A stretch of 64,000 nucleotides of DNA from an uncultured delta proteobacterium (GTDB taxonomy: Bacteria; Myxococcota_A; UBA9160; SZUA-336), in NCBI GenBank assembly GCA_963704165.1, contig CAVPHD010000001.1, forward strand, positions 1 through 64,000, written 5' to 3'. Below the pieces are notes generated by a model. The model saw only the letters and a list, made by a program, of their open reading frames with translations. It searched no databases and had not been told where the DNA came from. The translations under genes were made by a program, and so were the position numbers. Of this stretch, positions 21,646-31,603 are shown one piece after another. Each line of letters starts with the position of its first letter. Within the stretch, counting starts at the first letter, position 1.

Positions 21646-22887
21646 ATGAAGCCGAGATCGGACGAGCCGCTCAGCGCTGCGGACGCGGCCGAGTTCCTGG
21701 GCGTGAAGCTGCAGACCCTGTACGCGTACGCGAGCCGCGGCCGGCTCCGAAGCGTGCCCGGCACGAGCGGTCGGGCGCGCCGCTACGCGCGCACGGATCT
21801 CGAGGCGCTGCGCGCGCGAAGTGCCGGCCCGGCCGCGAACGCGCTTCGCTTCGGCGAACCCGTGCTCGAGACACGCATCACCCGCATGGACCCGGACGGC
21901 CCGTGCTATCGCGGCCGCTCCGCGGTCGCGCTCGCGCGGGCGGGAACTCCCTTCCGCTCGGTCGCGGAGCTGCTCTGGAGCGGTGAGCTGCCCGAGCGCC
22001 CACCCTCGTGGCCGTCCCACGCGCCCATCTGGCCCGCACGCGAGCTCGCGAAGCTCGTTCCGCGCGCCAGTCCGCCGCTCTCCGTGCTCGCGGTCGCGCT
22101 GCCGGTCCTGGCCGCCTTCGATCCCGCGCGCTTCGATTCCGGATCGGTTGCGGTGCTGGCGCGAGCGCGACGACTGATCCCGGCGCTCGCCGCCTCGTAC
22201 GCGCTCGCACTCGATCCGCGCCGACTCCGCCCCGCGCTCGAGGCGAACGAACCGGTCCGCGCGCTCGCCATCGCGCTCGGCGCGCCCGCGTCGAAGCGCG
22301 CGAGCGAGCTCTTGAACCTCGCGCTCGTCTTGCTCGCCGATCACGAACTCAACGCTTCGACGTTCGCGGCGCGAGTCGCCGCCTCGACGGGAGCCGACCT
22401 GTACGCGTGTTTCGGCGCGGCGATCGCGGCGCTCGGTGGCCCGCTCCACGGCGGCGCGAGCGAGCAGGTCGAGATCCTGGCGCGAGAAGCCGAGAGCCCG
22501 GCCGGGGCCGTTCGCGCGGTTCGCGATCGCATGCGCCGCGGAGAGCGGATTCCCGGATTCGGACACGCGCTCTATCCCGACGGCGATCCGCGCGTGGCAC
22601 CGATGCTCGAAGCGTCGCTCGCGCTCGCTCCGCGCGCGAAGCGCGTCCGGACGATCGTCGCGATTCTCGACGCCATGGAGGCCGGAGGACGGGCGAAGCC
22701 GAACGTGGACGTCGCGCTCGCCTGCGCATGCGCTGCGCTCGATCTGCCGGTCGGCATGGGTCCTGCGATCTTCGCGATCGGCCGCACCGCAGGCTGGGTT
22801 GCGCACGTGCTCGAGCAGTACGGAGCCGGCTTCGTGCTTCGTCCACGTGCCCGCTGGGTGGGCGCCGCTGCTATGCTGCCCGCGTGA
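21646..22887 (+). CDS. citrate synthase family protein with N-terminal excisionase/MerR-like HTH
   Basis: N-terminal LSAADAAEFLGVKLQTLYAYASRGRL, then ADHELNASTF, GPLHGGA, GFGH..Y..GDPR, PNVD and GRTAGWVAH. Confidence 0.9.
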   Translation: MKPRSDEPLSAADAAEFLGVKLQTLYAYASRGRLRSVPGTSGRARRYARTDLEALRARSAGPAANALRFGEPVLETRITRMDPDGPCYRGRSAVALARAGTPFRSVAELLWSGELPERPPSWPSHAPIWPARELAKLVPRASPPLSVLAVALPVLAAFDPARFDSGSVAVLARARRLIPALAASYALALDPRRLRPALEANEPVRALAIALGAPASKRASELLNLALVLLADHELNASTFAARVAASTGADLYACFGAAIAALGGPLHGGASEQVEILAREAESPAGAVRAVRDRMRRGERIPGFGHALYPDGDPRVAPMLEASLALAPRAKRVRTIVAILDAMEAGGRAKPNVDVALACACAALDLPVGMGPAIFAIGRTAGWVAHVLEQYGAGFVLRPRARWVGAAAMLPA

Positions 22888-24440
22888 GCTGGAAGCCCGA
22901 AGTCGATGAGCTTCGCCGCCGCGAGGCGCTCGCCGCACGGATGGGTGGCGAGGAGCGCGTCGCGCGTCAGCACGAGGCGGGCCGGCTCACCGTGCGCGAG
23001 CGGATCGCGAGGCTCGTGGATCCGAACAGCTTTCACGAAACCGGTGCGCTGACGGGAGTACCGGTCTACGAAGGCGATCGTCTGGTCGGAATCCGCCCGT
23101 CGAACTTCGTGACCGGTCAGGCGCGAATCGACGGACGAAAAGTCGTGATCGGCGGCGACGACTTCACCGTGCGCGGCGGAGCTGCCGATGGCGCGGTCGG
23201 ATACAAGGCGGGTTACTCGGAACGCATGGCGCTCGAGCTGCGACTGCCGATCGTTCGACTCGTCGATGGAACGGGTGGCGGCGGGAGCGTGAAATCCCTC
23301 GAGACCACCCGCCGCACGTACGTGCCGGCAAACCCCGCCATGGAGGTCATGACGGAGCTGCTCTCGACCGTGCCCGTCGTCGCGGCCGCGCTCGGTCCGG
23401 TTGCGGGGCTCGGCGCGGCGCGCGTGGTGTTCTCGCACTTCTCCGTCATGCCGAAGGGAACGGCACAGCTCTTCGTCGCGGGGCCACCCGTCGTGCGACG
23501 CGGGATCGGACAGGACGTCGACAAGGAGACGCTCGGCGGGTCGGCGATCCACACGCGGATCAGCGGCGCGGTCGACAACGAAGTCGCGACCGAGGACGAG
23601 GCGTTCGACCAGATCCGCCGCTTCTTGTCGTTCATGCCAGCGTCGGTGTTCGAGCTGCCTCCGGTCTCGGATTGCGACGATCCGCCCGAGCGAGCCGAGG
23701 AGGAGTTGCTGCAGATCGTGCCCCGCAATCGCCGCCAGCCGCACGATCTGCGCCGAGTTCTCGCGCTGGTGCTCGACCGCGACAGCTTCTTCGAGATCTC
23801 ACCGCGCTTCGGCCGTTCGCTCGTGACGGGGCTCGCGCGCCTGGCCGGCCGGCCGGTCGGCGTGATGGGCAACGATCCGCGCTGGCTCGGCGGTGCGATC
23901 GACGGCGCGGCGTCCGACAAGATGGTCCGCTTCGTGGATCTCTGTGACACGTTCCACCTGCCGGTCGTGAACTTCGTCGACAACCCCGGCTTCCTGATCG
24001 GCGTCGCCGGCGAGAAGGCGGGGACGATCCGGCGCGGCGCGCGCGCGATCTTCGCCGTGTATCAGGCGAGCGTACCGTGGTGCTCGATCCTCGTGCGACG
24101 CGCGTACGGCGTGGCGGGTGCCGCACATGGGAATCACTCGAAGCTGAACCTGCGCTACGCGTGGCCCTCGGGCGAGTGGGGATCGCTGCCGATCGAGGGC
24201 GGCGTCGAGGCCGCGTACAAGCGAGACATCGCCGCGGCGGCCGACCCCGAAGCCCTGCGCCGCGAGCTCGAAGATAAGCTCTCGACGATGCGCTCGCCCT
24301 TCCGCACGGCCGAGAGCTTCGGTGTCGAGGAAATCATCGATCCACGCGACACTCGACGGCTACTCTGTGACTGGGTGGAGTCGGCCTATCGCCTGCTTCC
24401 CAGTGAGTCCAAATCGAAAACTCGCGGCATGCGACCCTGA
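22884..24440 (+). CDS. acyl-CoA carboxylase carboxyltransferase (beta) subunit
   Basis: MGGEERVARQHEAGRLTVRERI, DDFTVRGG, LFVAGPP, ETLGG, DNPGFLIG, RRAYG and IIDPRDTR motifs. Confidence 0.92.
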   Translation: MSWKPEVDELRRREALAARMGGEERVARQHEAGRLTVRERIARLVDPNSFHETGALTGVPVYEGDRLVGIRPSNFVTGQARIDGRKVVIGGDDFTVRGGAADGAVGYKAGYSERMALELRLPIVRLVDGTGGGGSVKSLETTRRTYVPANPAMEVMTELLSTVPVVAAALGPVAGLGAARVVFSHFSVMPKGTAQLFVAGPPVVRRGIGQDVDKETLGGSAIHTRISGAVDNEVATEDEAFDQIRRFLSFMPASVFELPPVSDCDDPPERAEEELLQIVPRNRRQPHDLRRVLALVLDRDSFFEISPRFGRSLVTGLARLAGRPVGVMGNDPRWLGGAIDGAASDKMVRFVDLCDTFHLPVVNFVDNPGFLIGVAGEKAGTIRRGARAIFAVYQASVPWCSILVRRAYGVAGAAHGNHSKLNLRYAWPSGEWGSLPIEGGVEAAYKRDIAAAADPEALRRELEDKLSTMRSPFRTAESFGVEEIIDPRDTRRLLCDWVESAYRLLPSESKSKTRGMRP

Positions 24441-24445
24441 AGAGA

Positions 24446-25282
24446 ATGGAGACCGTCGTGTACGAGCAGATTCTGTATTCGGTCGAAGATCCGGTTGCCA
24501 TCATCACGCTGAACCGACCCGAGCGGCTGAATGCTTGGACCGATCGAATGGGCGACGAGTTGCGCCACGCGATCGCACGCGCAGAGGCCGACCAGAGCGT
24601 GGTCGGCATCGTGCTCACGGGCGCGGGTCGCGGCTTCTGCGCGGGCGCGGACCTGAAGGGTCTGCAGGCGATCACCGTCGGTGAGCGCATGGGTGCGGGG
24701 ACCTCGACGGCCCTCGCGGCCGATCCCGGCGACGCGGCGATGGGCGAGTCGTTCCGCAAGCACTACTCGTATCTGCTGTCGGTCCGGAAGCCGATTCTCG
24801 CGGCGATCAACGGACCGTGCGCGGGCATGGCGATGCCGATCGCGCTGTTCTGCGACATGCGCTTCGCGTCCGAGAGCGCGACGTTCACCACCGCATTCGT
24901 GCGCCGCGGGCTGATCGCGGAGTGGGGAATCGCCTGGACGTTGCCGCGGCTCGTCGGCTCGGCGCATGCGCTCGACCTCCTGCTCTCGGGCCGCAAGATC
25001 GATGCGCGCGAAGCCGAGCGCATCGGACTGGTGAATCGCGTTCTTCCCGACGACAAGCTCCTGCCTCACTGCATCGACTACGTGCGCGAGCTCGCCGCGA
25101 ATTCGTCGCCCGCGTCGATGATGATCATGAAGAGGCAGGTCTACCAGCAGCTCACCCGCGAGCTCGGTCCGTCCTTGGACGAGGCCGTCCAGCTGATGGT
25201 CGAGAGCTTCTCGCGCCCCGACTTCAAAGAGGGTGTGCAGTCCTTCCTCGAGCGCCGCCCGCCGAAGTTTCCTCGCGTCTAG
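24446..25282 (+). CDS. enoyl-CoA hydratase/isomerase (crotonase) family protein
   Basis: ITLNRPERLNA, GRGFCAGADL, KPILAAINGPCAG and DFKEGVQSFLERRPP motifs. Confidence 0.92.
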   Translation: METVVYEQILYSVEDPVAIITLNRPERLNAWTDRMGDELRHAIARAEADQSVVGIVLTGAGRGFCAGADLKGLQAITVGERMGAGTSTALAADPGDAAMGESFRKHYSYLLSVRKPILAAINGPCAGMAMPIALFCDMRFASESATFTTAFVRRGLIAEWGIAWTLPRLVGSAHALDLLLSGRKIDAREAERIGLVNRVLPDDKLLPHCIDYVRELAANSSPASMMIMKRQVYQQLTRELGPSLDEAVQLMVESFSRPDFKEGVQSFLERRPPKFPRV

Positions 25283-25308
25283 CTTCCGTCCCAACTAGAG
25301 GAGTGCGC

Positions 25309-26763
25309 ATGCTTCGCTGGCTCTGGCTCGCGCCGTTGGCTCTCGCGTTCGCGCCCACCGGTGCGTGGCTCGTCGACCGCGGCACGTCCTCGGCATTCAG
25401 CGAGGTCCACACGGTCTTCATGCCGTTCGTGCTCGCCTACCTGTTGCGCGAGCAGTTGAAGCTCGATCCGGATTCGACTCCGCGCGCGTCCGCGCTCGGC
25501 TTCCTCTTCGTCGTACCTGCGCTCGCGCTGCTCGCGCTCGACGCGGCGATCCAGACACAGATGCTCTCGGCCATCGCGCTCGTGATCGCGCTTCCGGGGC
25601 TCACGCTCCTGCTTCTCGGCGCGCGGCGAACCCGCGACCTCGCGTTCCCGCTCGCGATCTCGATCTTCATCGTTCCGATTCCGACGGGAATGCTCGCGCC
25701 GATCTACAGCGTGTTGCGGCCGATCGCGGCGGTCGGTACGACCTGGGTGGTGCCGCTGCTCGGTGTTCCGATCGCACGGGTCGGAACCGCGCTTTCGGTT
25801 CCCGGTCTCACCGTTGAAGTCGCGGACAACTGCAGTGGTTGGTCGACGATCCAGGCCGCGATGATCACCGCACTCGTGCTCGCGCACTTCTCGCGCTCAC
25901 GAGGCCGCCAGGTCGCGCTCCTCCTCGGCGCGATCCCGCTCGCGCTCGGCTGCAACATCTTGCGGGTGACCGCCCTCGTCCTTCTGTCCAAGGCGTATGG
26001 AACCGACATCCTCGACACTCAGTTGCACCCGGCCTCGGGCGTCGTGCTCTTCGCGGTCGTGATCGCCGGATTGATCGCGATCGCGGGGCGCGATGCAATG
26101 AAGCCCGCGCCCGCGTCCGGCCATCGCGTCACGATCTCGGATCGCTACTCGATCGCCCTGACGACCCTTGCCGCGATCGCACTCGTTCCGGTGGTCGTGC
26201 ACGCGAACGATCTTCTGCGCAGCGACGACTGCGCGCAGCCTGCGGCGCTCGTTCCCGTCGAGGGCGCGATCGACCCCGAACGTGCCTTGCACATGAAGGT
26301 CCAGTACGACGCCGAGCAGTGGCGCGAGGGAATCGTGCCCGCGAGCGGCGACGAACCGGAGCTTCGCTTCGCCGTCGTCCGCAGCTACGAACCCCGGCTG
26401 CTCTACTACCGCGGCACACGCCGCATGTGGCGGGACATCGAACCGGGGGGCGACGAGATCGAGTGGCTGGAGTCGGACACCGGGCGTCTGCCGATCGTCC
26501 GCTCGCACCTGGTGAACGAGCGCCACGGCGCCGAACGCGCGGTGGTCGCCTCACTGCTCGTCTACCAGGGCGAGCCGGTCGAATCCGGCTGGCGCGCCCA
26601 GCTCGCGGCGGCTCCTCGCCAGACGTTCCTGGGCGGGCGCCCGATGACGATCTTCATGGTACGCGCGAGCGTGCGACCGGGAATGCTCGAAGCGACCGAG
26701 CGCCGCGTTCACGAATACCTGCTCGACTCCTGGCGCACGTATCGGGCGGTGTGCGGGCGCTGA
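25309..26763 (+). CDS. exosortase (XrtA/EpsH-like) fused to a C-terminal EpsI-like periplasmic domain
   Basis: Polytopic membrane domain with catalytic VEVADNCSG (Cys), NILRV (Arg) and LHPASG (His), then a soluble C-terminal domain. GAGGAG RBS. Confidence 0.82.
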   Translation: MLRWLWLAPLALAFAPTGAWLVDRGTSSAFSEVHTVFMPFVLAYLLREQLKLDPDSTPRASALGFLFVVPALALLALDAAIQTQMLSAIALVIALPGLTLLLLGARRTRDLAFPLAISIFIVPIPTGMLAPIYSVLRPIAAVGTTWVVPLLGVPIARVGTALSVPGLTVEVADNCSGWSTIQAAMITALVLAHFSRSRGRQVALLLGAIPLALGCNILRVTALVLLSKAYGTDILDTQLHPASGVVLFAVVIAGLIAIAGRDAMKPAPASGHRVTISDRYSIALTTLAAIALVPVVVHANDLLRSDDCAQPAALVPVEGAIDPERALHMKVQYDAEQWREGIVPASGDEPELRFAVVRSYEPRLLYYRGTRRMWRDIEPGGDEIEWLESDTGRLPIVRSHLVNERHGAERAVVASLLVYQGEPVESGWRAQLAAAPRQTFLGGRPMTIFMVRASVRPGMLEATERRVHEYLLDSWRTYRAVCGR

Positions 26764-26777
26764 CTCGGCGGGCTTGA

Positions 26778-27647
26778 TCAGCCGTATCCGAGCCGGTTCG
26801 CGAGCTCGATCGGCTCCTCGAGCAGGTAGCTGCGATTGAAGAACGCGAACCGGAATCCGACGCATTCGTAGACGTGCCGGGCTCCTGCGTTGGCCTCGTC
26901 GCAGTACAGTGTCACGAGCTCGTGGCGCTCGTGAAGTCGCTCGCAAATCCTCCGCACGCCGGCCTTCGCATGCCCGCGACCGCGCACGGCCCGGGGCACG
27001 AAGACGCCACCGAGCTGGACCGCCTGTGGACCGGTGGCGCCGACGTGGACCTGGAAGACGATCCGATCGTGCTCACGCACGACCCACCAGCGACCGTCGC
27101 GCACGTCTCTCGCGTGGCGTTCGCGAAACGCCACCTCGTCGGCCGCCTCGCGATCGTCTCGCAGATCCTCGCGGTGCTGCTCGGCGCTGTTCGCCGTGAT
27201 CTCGGCGGCATCGGCGTCGCCGGCGGGCTCGATCGTGACACGTCTTGCTTCCCGCATCGGTTTGCGGAGGTCGCCTTTCCCGGCGACGAATACCGGCTCG
27301 CGCCGGGTCCAACGCAGCCCCGCGGCGAAGCGCTCGTACTCTCGCCAGAACGGCACGGTCACGTCCTCGCTGCCCACGATGTGACGGGGACGGACGAACG
27401 CACTCGAGGCCGCTTTGGCGAGCTTTGCGAAGGCGTTCGGGTTCCGCGCTTCCAACGCCGTGCCGCCGAGCGGCCCGACCATCAAGATGGCCTCGAGATT
27501 CCCGTCCGGGAACCAACCGAGGAACCCCGGCACACGACCGAGCACACCCGATGCGACGACATAGTCGAGAAAGACGTTGTGCAATGGTCGGGCGCGCAGA
27601 AGGCGCCGAGCGTCCACCGTGTCGGCCTCGGTCAGAGAGCGAATCAT
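26778..27647 (-). CDS. GNAT family N-acetyltransferase
   Basis: C-terminal QLGGVFVPRAVRGRGHA (motif A) and LYCDEANAGARHVYECVGF. Confidence 0.85.
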   Translation of the reverse strand: MIRSLTEADTVDARRLLRARPLHNVFLDYVVASGVLGRVPGFLGWFPDGNLEAILMVGPLGGTALEARNPNAFAKLAKAASSAFVRPRHIVGSEDVTVPFWREYERFAAGLRWTRREPVFVAGKGDLRKPMREARRVTIEPAGDADAAEITANSAEQHREDLRDDREAADEVAFRERHARDVRDGRWWVVREHDRIVFQVHVGATGPQAVQLGGVFVPRAVRGRGHAKAGVRRICERLHERHELVTLYCDEANAGARHVYECVGFRFAFFNRSYLLEEPIELANRLGYG

Positions 27648-27673
27648 CACGCTCAGGGTACCATCGACCGGCG

Positions 27674-29638
27674 ATGAGCTCGAACGGAATCCCGGGAACA
27701 CCCGCGGTCGATCTCGACCTGTGGGGACAACTCCGAGTCGTGCGACGTTGCCTTCCGCTCTTGCGCGGTGTACGTCGACACCTCGCGGTGTTTCTCCTCG
27801 GTATGGCGGTTCTCGCGGTCGTCGCCTTCTCGAGCTTCCTCGTCTTCGCTCCTGCGCTCTGGAACGGCGTACTGCAGGGTCAGCCGGTCTCGGAGGTCGC
27901 CGCCTTCGCCGTCGGTCTCGCGGTCGAGGAGGTCGCGAGCACGGCGTCGCTCACCCCGGATCTCCGACGCGGACTTGCGGAACGGCTGACCTGGATCATC
28001 GCCGCCCTCGCGGTGGGAATCACCGCTGGAATCATGGCGCTCAGCTACTACGGAATCTGGATCCTGCAGCGGGTGAATCAGGGGTTGAGACTCCAGCTCG
28101 TCGATCGGCTGCAGGTGCTCTCGATGCGATTTCACGACCAGAGTCGCGTCGGTGACGCGATCTATCGCACCTACCAGGACAGCGCGATGGTCACGCAGGT
28201 CGTTCAGTCGTACATCATCGCACCGATCGCCGCGTTCACGCAGGCGACCGCACTCACGCTCGTGGTCGCCGCCTTCGCACCCGGGGTCGCGCTTACGCTC
28301 GTCGTCACCTGGCTCCCGCTGCTGGCGCTCGGGCTCTGGTTCTCGAGGCGGCTGCGGGCGGATTTCCGTGTCGCGCGCGAGACGAACAGCGGTCTCACGT
28401 CGCGCATCCAGGAGAGCCTCACGGGCGTGCGCGTGATCAAGGCCTACGGACTCGAGGAGTTCGAGCAGGCTCGCTTCGAGGCCGCGTCGAGGGCCGCATT
28501 CGCCGGCGCCCGAGCGGCGCGCGGCCGGCTCGCGACGTTCGGCGTCACGGTGTTCTGGGTGATCGGATCCGCGATCCTGGTGGCGGTCGTTCTCGCCACG
28601 CTCGCGACGCGCGACGAGGCGCCGCTCTGGATCGCGGACCGTGTTTCGGGCCGCGGTTTCGGAACCGTCGAGGGCTGGCTCGTCAGCGCCGGCATCACCG
28701 TCTGGACACTCGGGATCTACAACGCGTGGAAGGGGCTGTTCTCGGCGGGCGCGGGCAGCGTCGTCGGGATCTTTCGCACCTGGGGGCGCGCTCAGGACAT
28801 CGCGGTCGGACTCGATCGCGTCTTCGAGCTTCTCGATCTCGAACCCGAGGTGCAGGACGCACCCGATGCGATCGCGCTCGCGCCTCTGCGCGAGCAGATC
28901 TCGTTTCGCGACGTGAGCTTCGCCTACCGCGCGGACCGGCCGGCTCTGGTCGGCGTCAGCCTCTCCGCACCGATCGGCGCGATCACCGCGCTCGTCGGGC
29001 CGACGGGCTCGGGCAAGAGCACGCTGATGGCGCTCCTGCTCCGGCTCTTCGATCCGGACGCAGGCCGGATCGAGATCGACGGCGTCGATCTGCGGCGACT
29101 CCGCAGTCGCCGATCTCCGGCACGCGGTCTCGATCGCGCTTCAGGAGAACGTGCTCTTCGCCGCGAGCGTGCGCGAGAACATCCGGTACGCGGTCCCGAA
29201 CGCCGACGATGAAGCCGTGAGGGCGGCCGCGCGCGTCGCCTGTGCGGACGAGTTCATCGCCGCGCTGCCGCTCGGCATACGACACCCCGCTCGGCGAGCG
29301 CGGCGCGAAGCTCTCGACCGGCCAACGCCAGCGGATCACGATCGCGCGCGCGATCCTGAAGAACTCGCCGATCCTGATCCTCGACGAGCCGACCGCATCG
29401 CTCGACGCGGAAACCGAGCATCGCCTGGTGCGCAACCTCGCCGAGTGGGGCAAGGGGCGCTGCGTCTTCTCTGGTGACGCATCGACTTTCGACGATTCGG
29501 ATGGCGGATCAGATCGTCTATCTCGAAGGCGGCAAGGTCGCGGAGTCGGGCACGCACGAGGAGCTGGTCGCGCGTCCGGCGGGCGCCTACCGCGCGCTCG
29601 TCGAGAGCGAACGACTCGACTCACGAGTCGCCCCATGA
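27674..29638 (+). CDS. ABC exporter, fused permease/ATP-binding (frameshifts near 29100, 29280 and 29470)
   Basis: TMD with [14 protein letters not shown]; Walker [10 protein letters not shown]; signature LSTGQRQR; Walker [10 protein letters not shown]-loop THRLSTI. Its stop overlaps the next ATG. Confidence 0.88.
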
Positions 29639-31596
29639 GCAGACGCCACCCGCGGGAGGAGCGTTCGTCTGGCGAGACACTCGCGATCCTCACGCGCGCG
29701 CTGCGATACGCCGGACCGATGCGCGGCCGATTCGCCGTGAAGCTCGGGCTCACCGCGCTCTCGCTATTGCCGATGCTCGTCCTTCCGGTTCCGATCAAGA
29801 TCCTGATCGACCACGTGATCGGCAACCTCTCGATCGAAGCTCGAATTCACTCCTATCCGATGCTCGTGCGCCCGCTCGTCCGCATGCTCGAAGCTGCGTC
29901 GTACACGGAGATCCTGTTCTGGACGATCGGCGCGCAGGTGGTTCTGCTGGTCGTGATCGGGCAGATCGGATCGGATGGCGGCGAACGCGATCGAACCGAA
30001 GCGTGGCTCTCGTCGGGCGTCGATGCCGCGACCGCGACCGAGAACGCCGCGAACGCCGGTTTCAGCTTCGCCGGAGGTTTGTTCGGGCTCTTCGACTTCC
30101 GCTGGACGCTGCGCCTGACGCAGGATCTGAACCACCACTACCGCGCGCGCCTCTTCGAACGCATCCAGAGCCTGCCGCTGCATCTCTTCGACGACGCGCG
30201 GATCGGCGATGCGGTGTACCGGTTGATGTACGACACGCCGTCGATCACGCAGACCTGCTACCGAATCCTGCTCGTCCCCACTCTCGTTCCGTTCGCGATC
30301 GCCGCCTACGCGTTCACGATCTGGGACAGCTTCGACCAGCCGCGCCTCGCGCTCGCGGCCCTCGCCTTCGGCCCACTGGCCTTCGTCGCGACCTGGCCCT
30401 TCGCACGCCTGCTTCGTCGTCAGGGCATGCGCAGCCGCGAGGCGGGATCCGTCACGACGTCTTCGCTCGAGGAGGGCGTCGGCAACATCCTCGCGGTGCA
30501 GACGCAGGGCGGCGAGCGGAGAGAACGTGAACGTTTCGATCGCGACAGCTCGCGCTCGTTCGCGCGACATCGCGGCGTGATCGCGCTCGCGATGCTCGCG
30601 ATCCTGGTCGCCTCGGTTCCGGGAATCGCGCTGGCACGCTGGGTCTTCCTCGAGACGGTCGATCTGGTCATCTCGGGTGCGATCAGCCTCGGCGACTTCT
30701 CGGTTCTCTTCACCTACTTCGTGCAGATCGGGATCTTCGCGGTGATGCTCGGGTCTCTCTGGTTCTCGCTCCAGACCGCCGCACCCGGGCTCGAGCGCGT
30801 CTTCTTCCTGATGGATCTCGAGCCGGAGAGCGATCCGGCGGGCGCGCGCGATCTGCCGCGCGCTCGGCGCTCCCTGCGCTTCGAGGGAGTCGACTTCTCG
30901 TGGCCCGACGGTACTCCCGCGCTTTGCGACGTGTCCTTCGAAGCGCGGCTCGGCGAAATCACGGCACTCGTCGGACCGGCGGGAGCGGGCAAGACCACGC
31001 TGATCTACCACGTTCCTCGCTTTCTCCGGCCGACACGTGGACGCGTTCTCGTCGACGGGATCGACCTGTCGGGTGTGACGCGGTCCTCACTTCGCAATCA
31101 GATCGCCTTCGTCTTCCAGGAGAGTGCGCTCTTCGAAGGAACCATCGAAGAGAACCTGCGGCTCGCGAATCCGACCGCGTCGGAGCTCGAGCTTCGCCGA
31201 GCGCTGCAGATCGCGGGCGCGGACGAGTTCGTTCGCCGCCTGCCCGAACGCCTCGAAACCCGGCTCGGTCGCGCGGGAGCGGGCCTTTCGGTCGGACAGA
31301 AGCAGCGCCTCGCGATCGCGCGCGCCCTGCTCCGCGACGCTCCGATCCTGATCCTCGACGAACCGACCTCCGCGCTCGACCCCGACACCGAACGGCGTCT
31401 GATTGCGGCGTTGCACGAAGCCGCGCACGATCGCATCGTGCTCGTCGTCGCGCACCGGCTCTCGACGGTGCGCGAGAGCGACCAGATCCTCTTCCTGCGC
31501 GGCGGTGAGATCGTCGAGCGTGGCACGCACGACGAGCTGATCTCGATTCCGGGCGGTGCCTATCGCCGCTACGCGGAGCTGCAGTCGGCCGGCTAG
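29635..31596 (+). CDS. ABC exporter, fused permease/ATP-binding (partner subunit)
   Basis: TMD followed by [29 protein letters not shown] and AHRLSTV. Confidence 0.92.
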   Translation: MSRRHPREERSSGETLAILTRALRYAGPMRGRFAVKLGLTALSLLPMLVLPVPIKILIDHVIGNLSIEARIHSYPMLVRPLVRMLEAASYTEILFWTIGAQVVLLVVIGQIGSDGGERDRTEAWLSSGVDAATATENAANAGFSFAGGLFGLFDFRWTLRLTQDLNHHYRARLFERIQSLPLHLFDDARIGDAVYRLMYDTPSITQTCYRILLVPTLVPFAIAAYAFTIWDSFDQPRLALAALAFGPLAFVATWPFARLLRRQGMRSREAGSVTTSSLEEGVGNILAVQTQGGERRERERFDRDSSRSFARHRGVIALAMLAILVASVPGIALARWVFLETVDLVISGAISLGDFSVLFTYFVQIGIFAVMLGSLWFSLQTAAPGLERVFFLMDLEPESDPAGARDLPRARRSLRFEGVDFSWPDGTPALCDVSFEARLGEITALVGPAGAGKTTLIYHVPRFLRPTRGRVLVDGIDLSGVTRSSLRNQIAFVFQESALFEGTIEENLRLANPTASELELRRALQIAGADEFVRRLPERLETRLGRAGAGLSVGQKQRLAIARALLRDAPILILDEPTSALDPDTERRLIAALHEAAHDRIVLVVAHRLSTVRESDQILFLRGGEIVERGTHDELISIPGGAYRRYAELQSAG

Positions 31597-31603
31597 GACC
31601 CGC

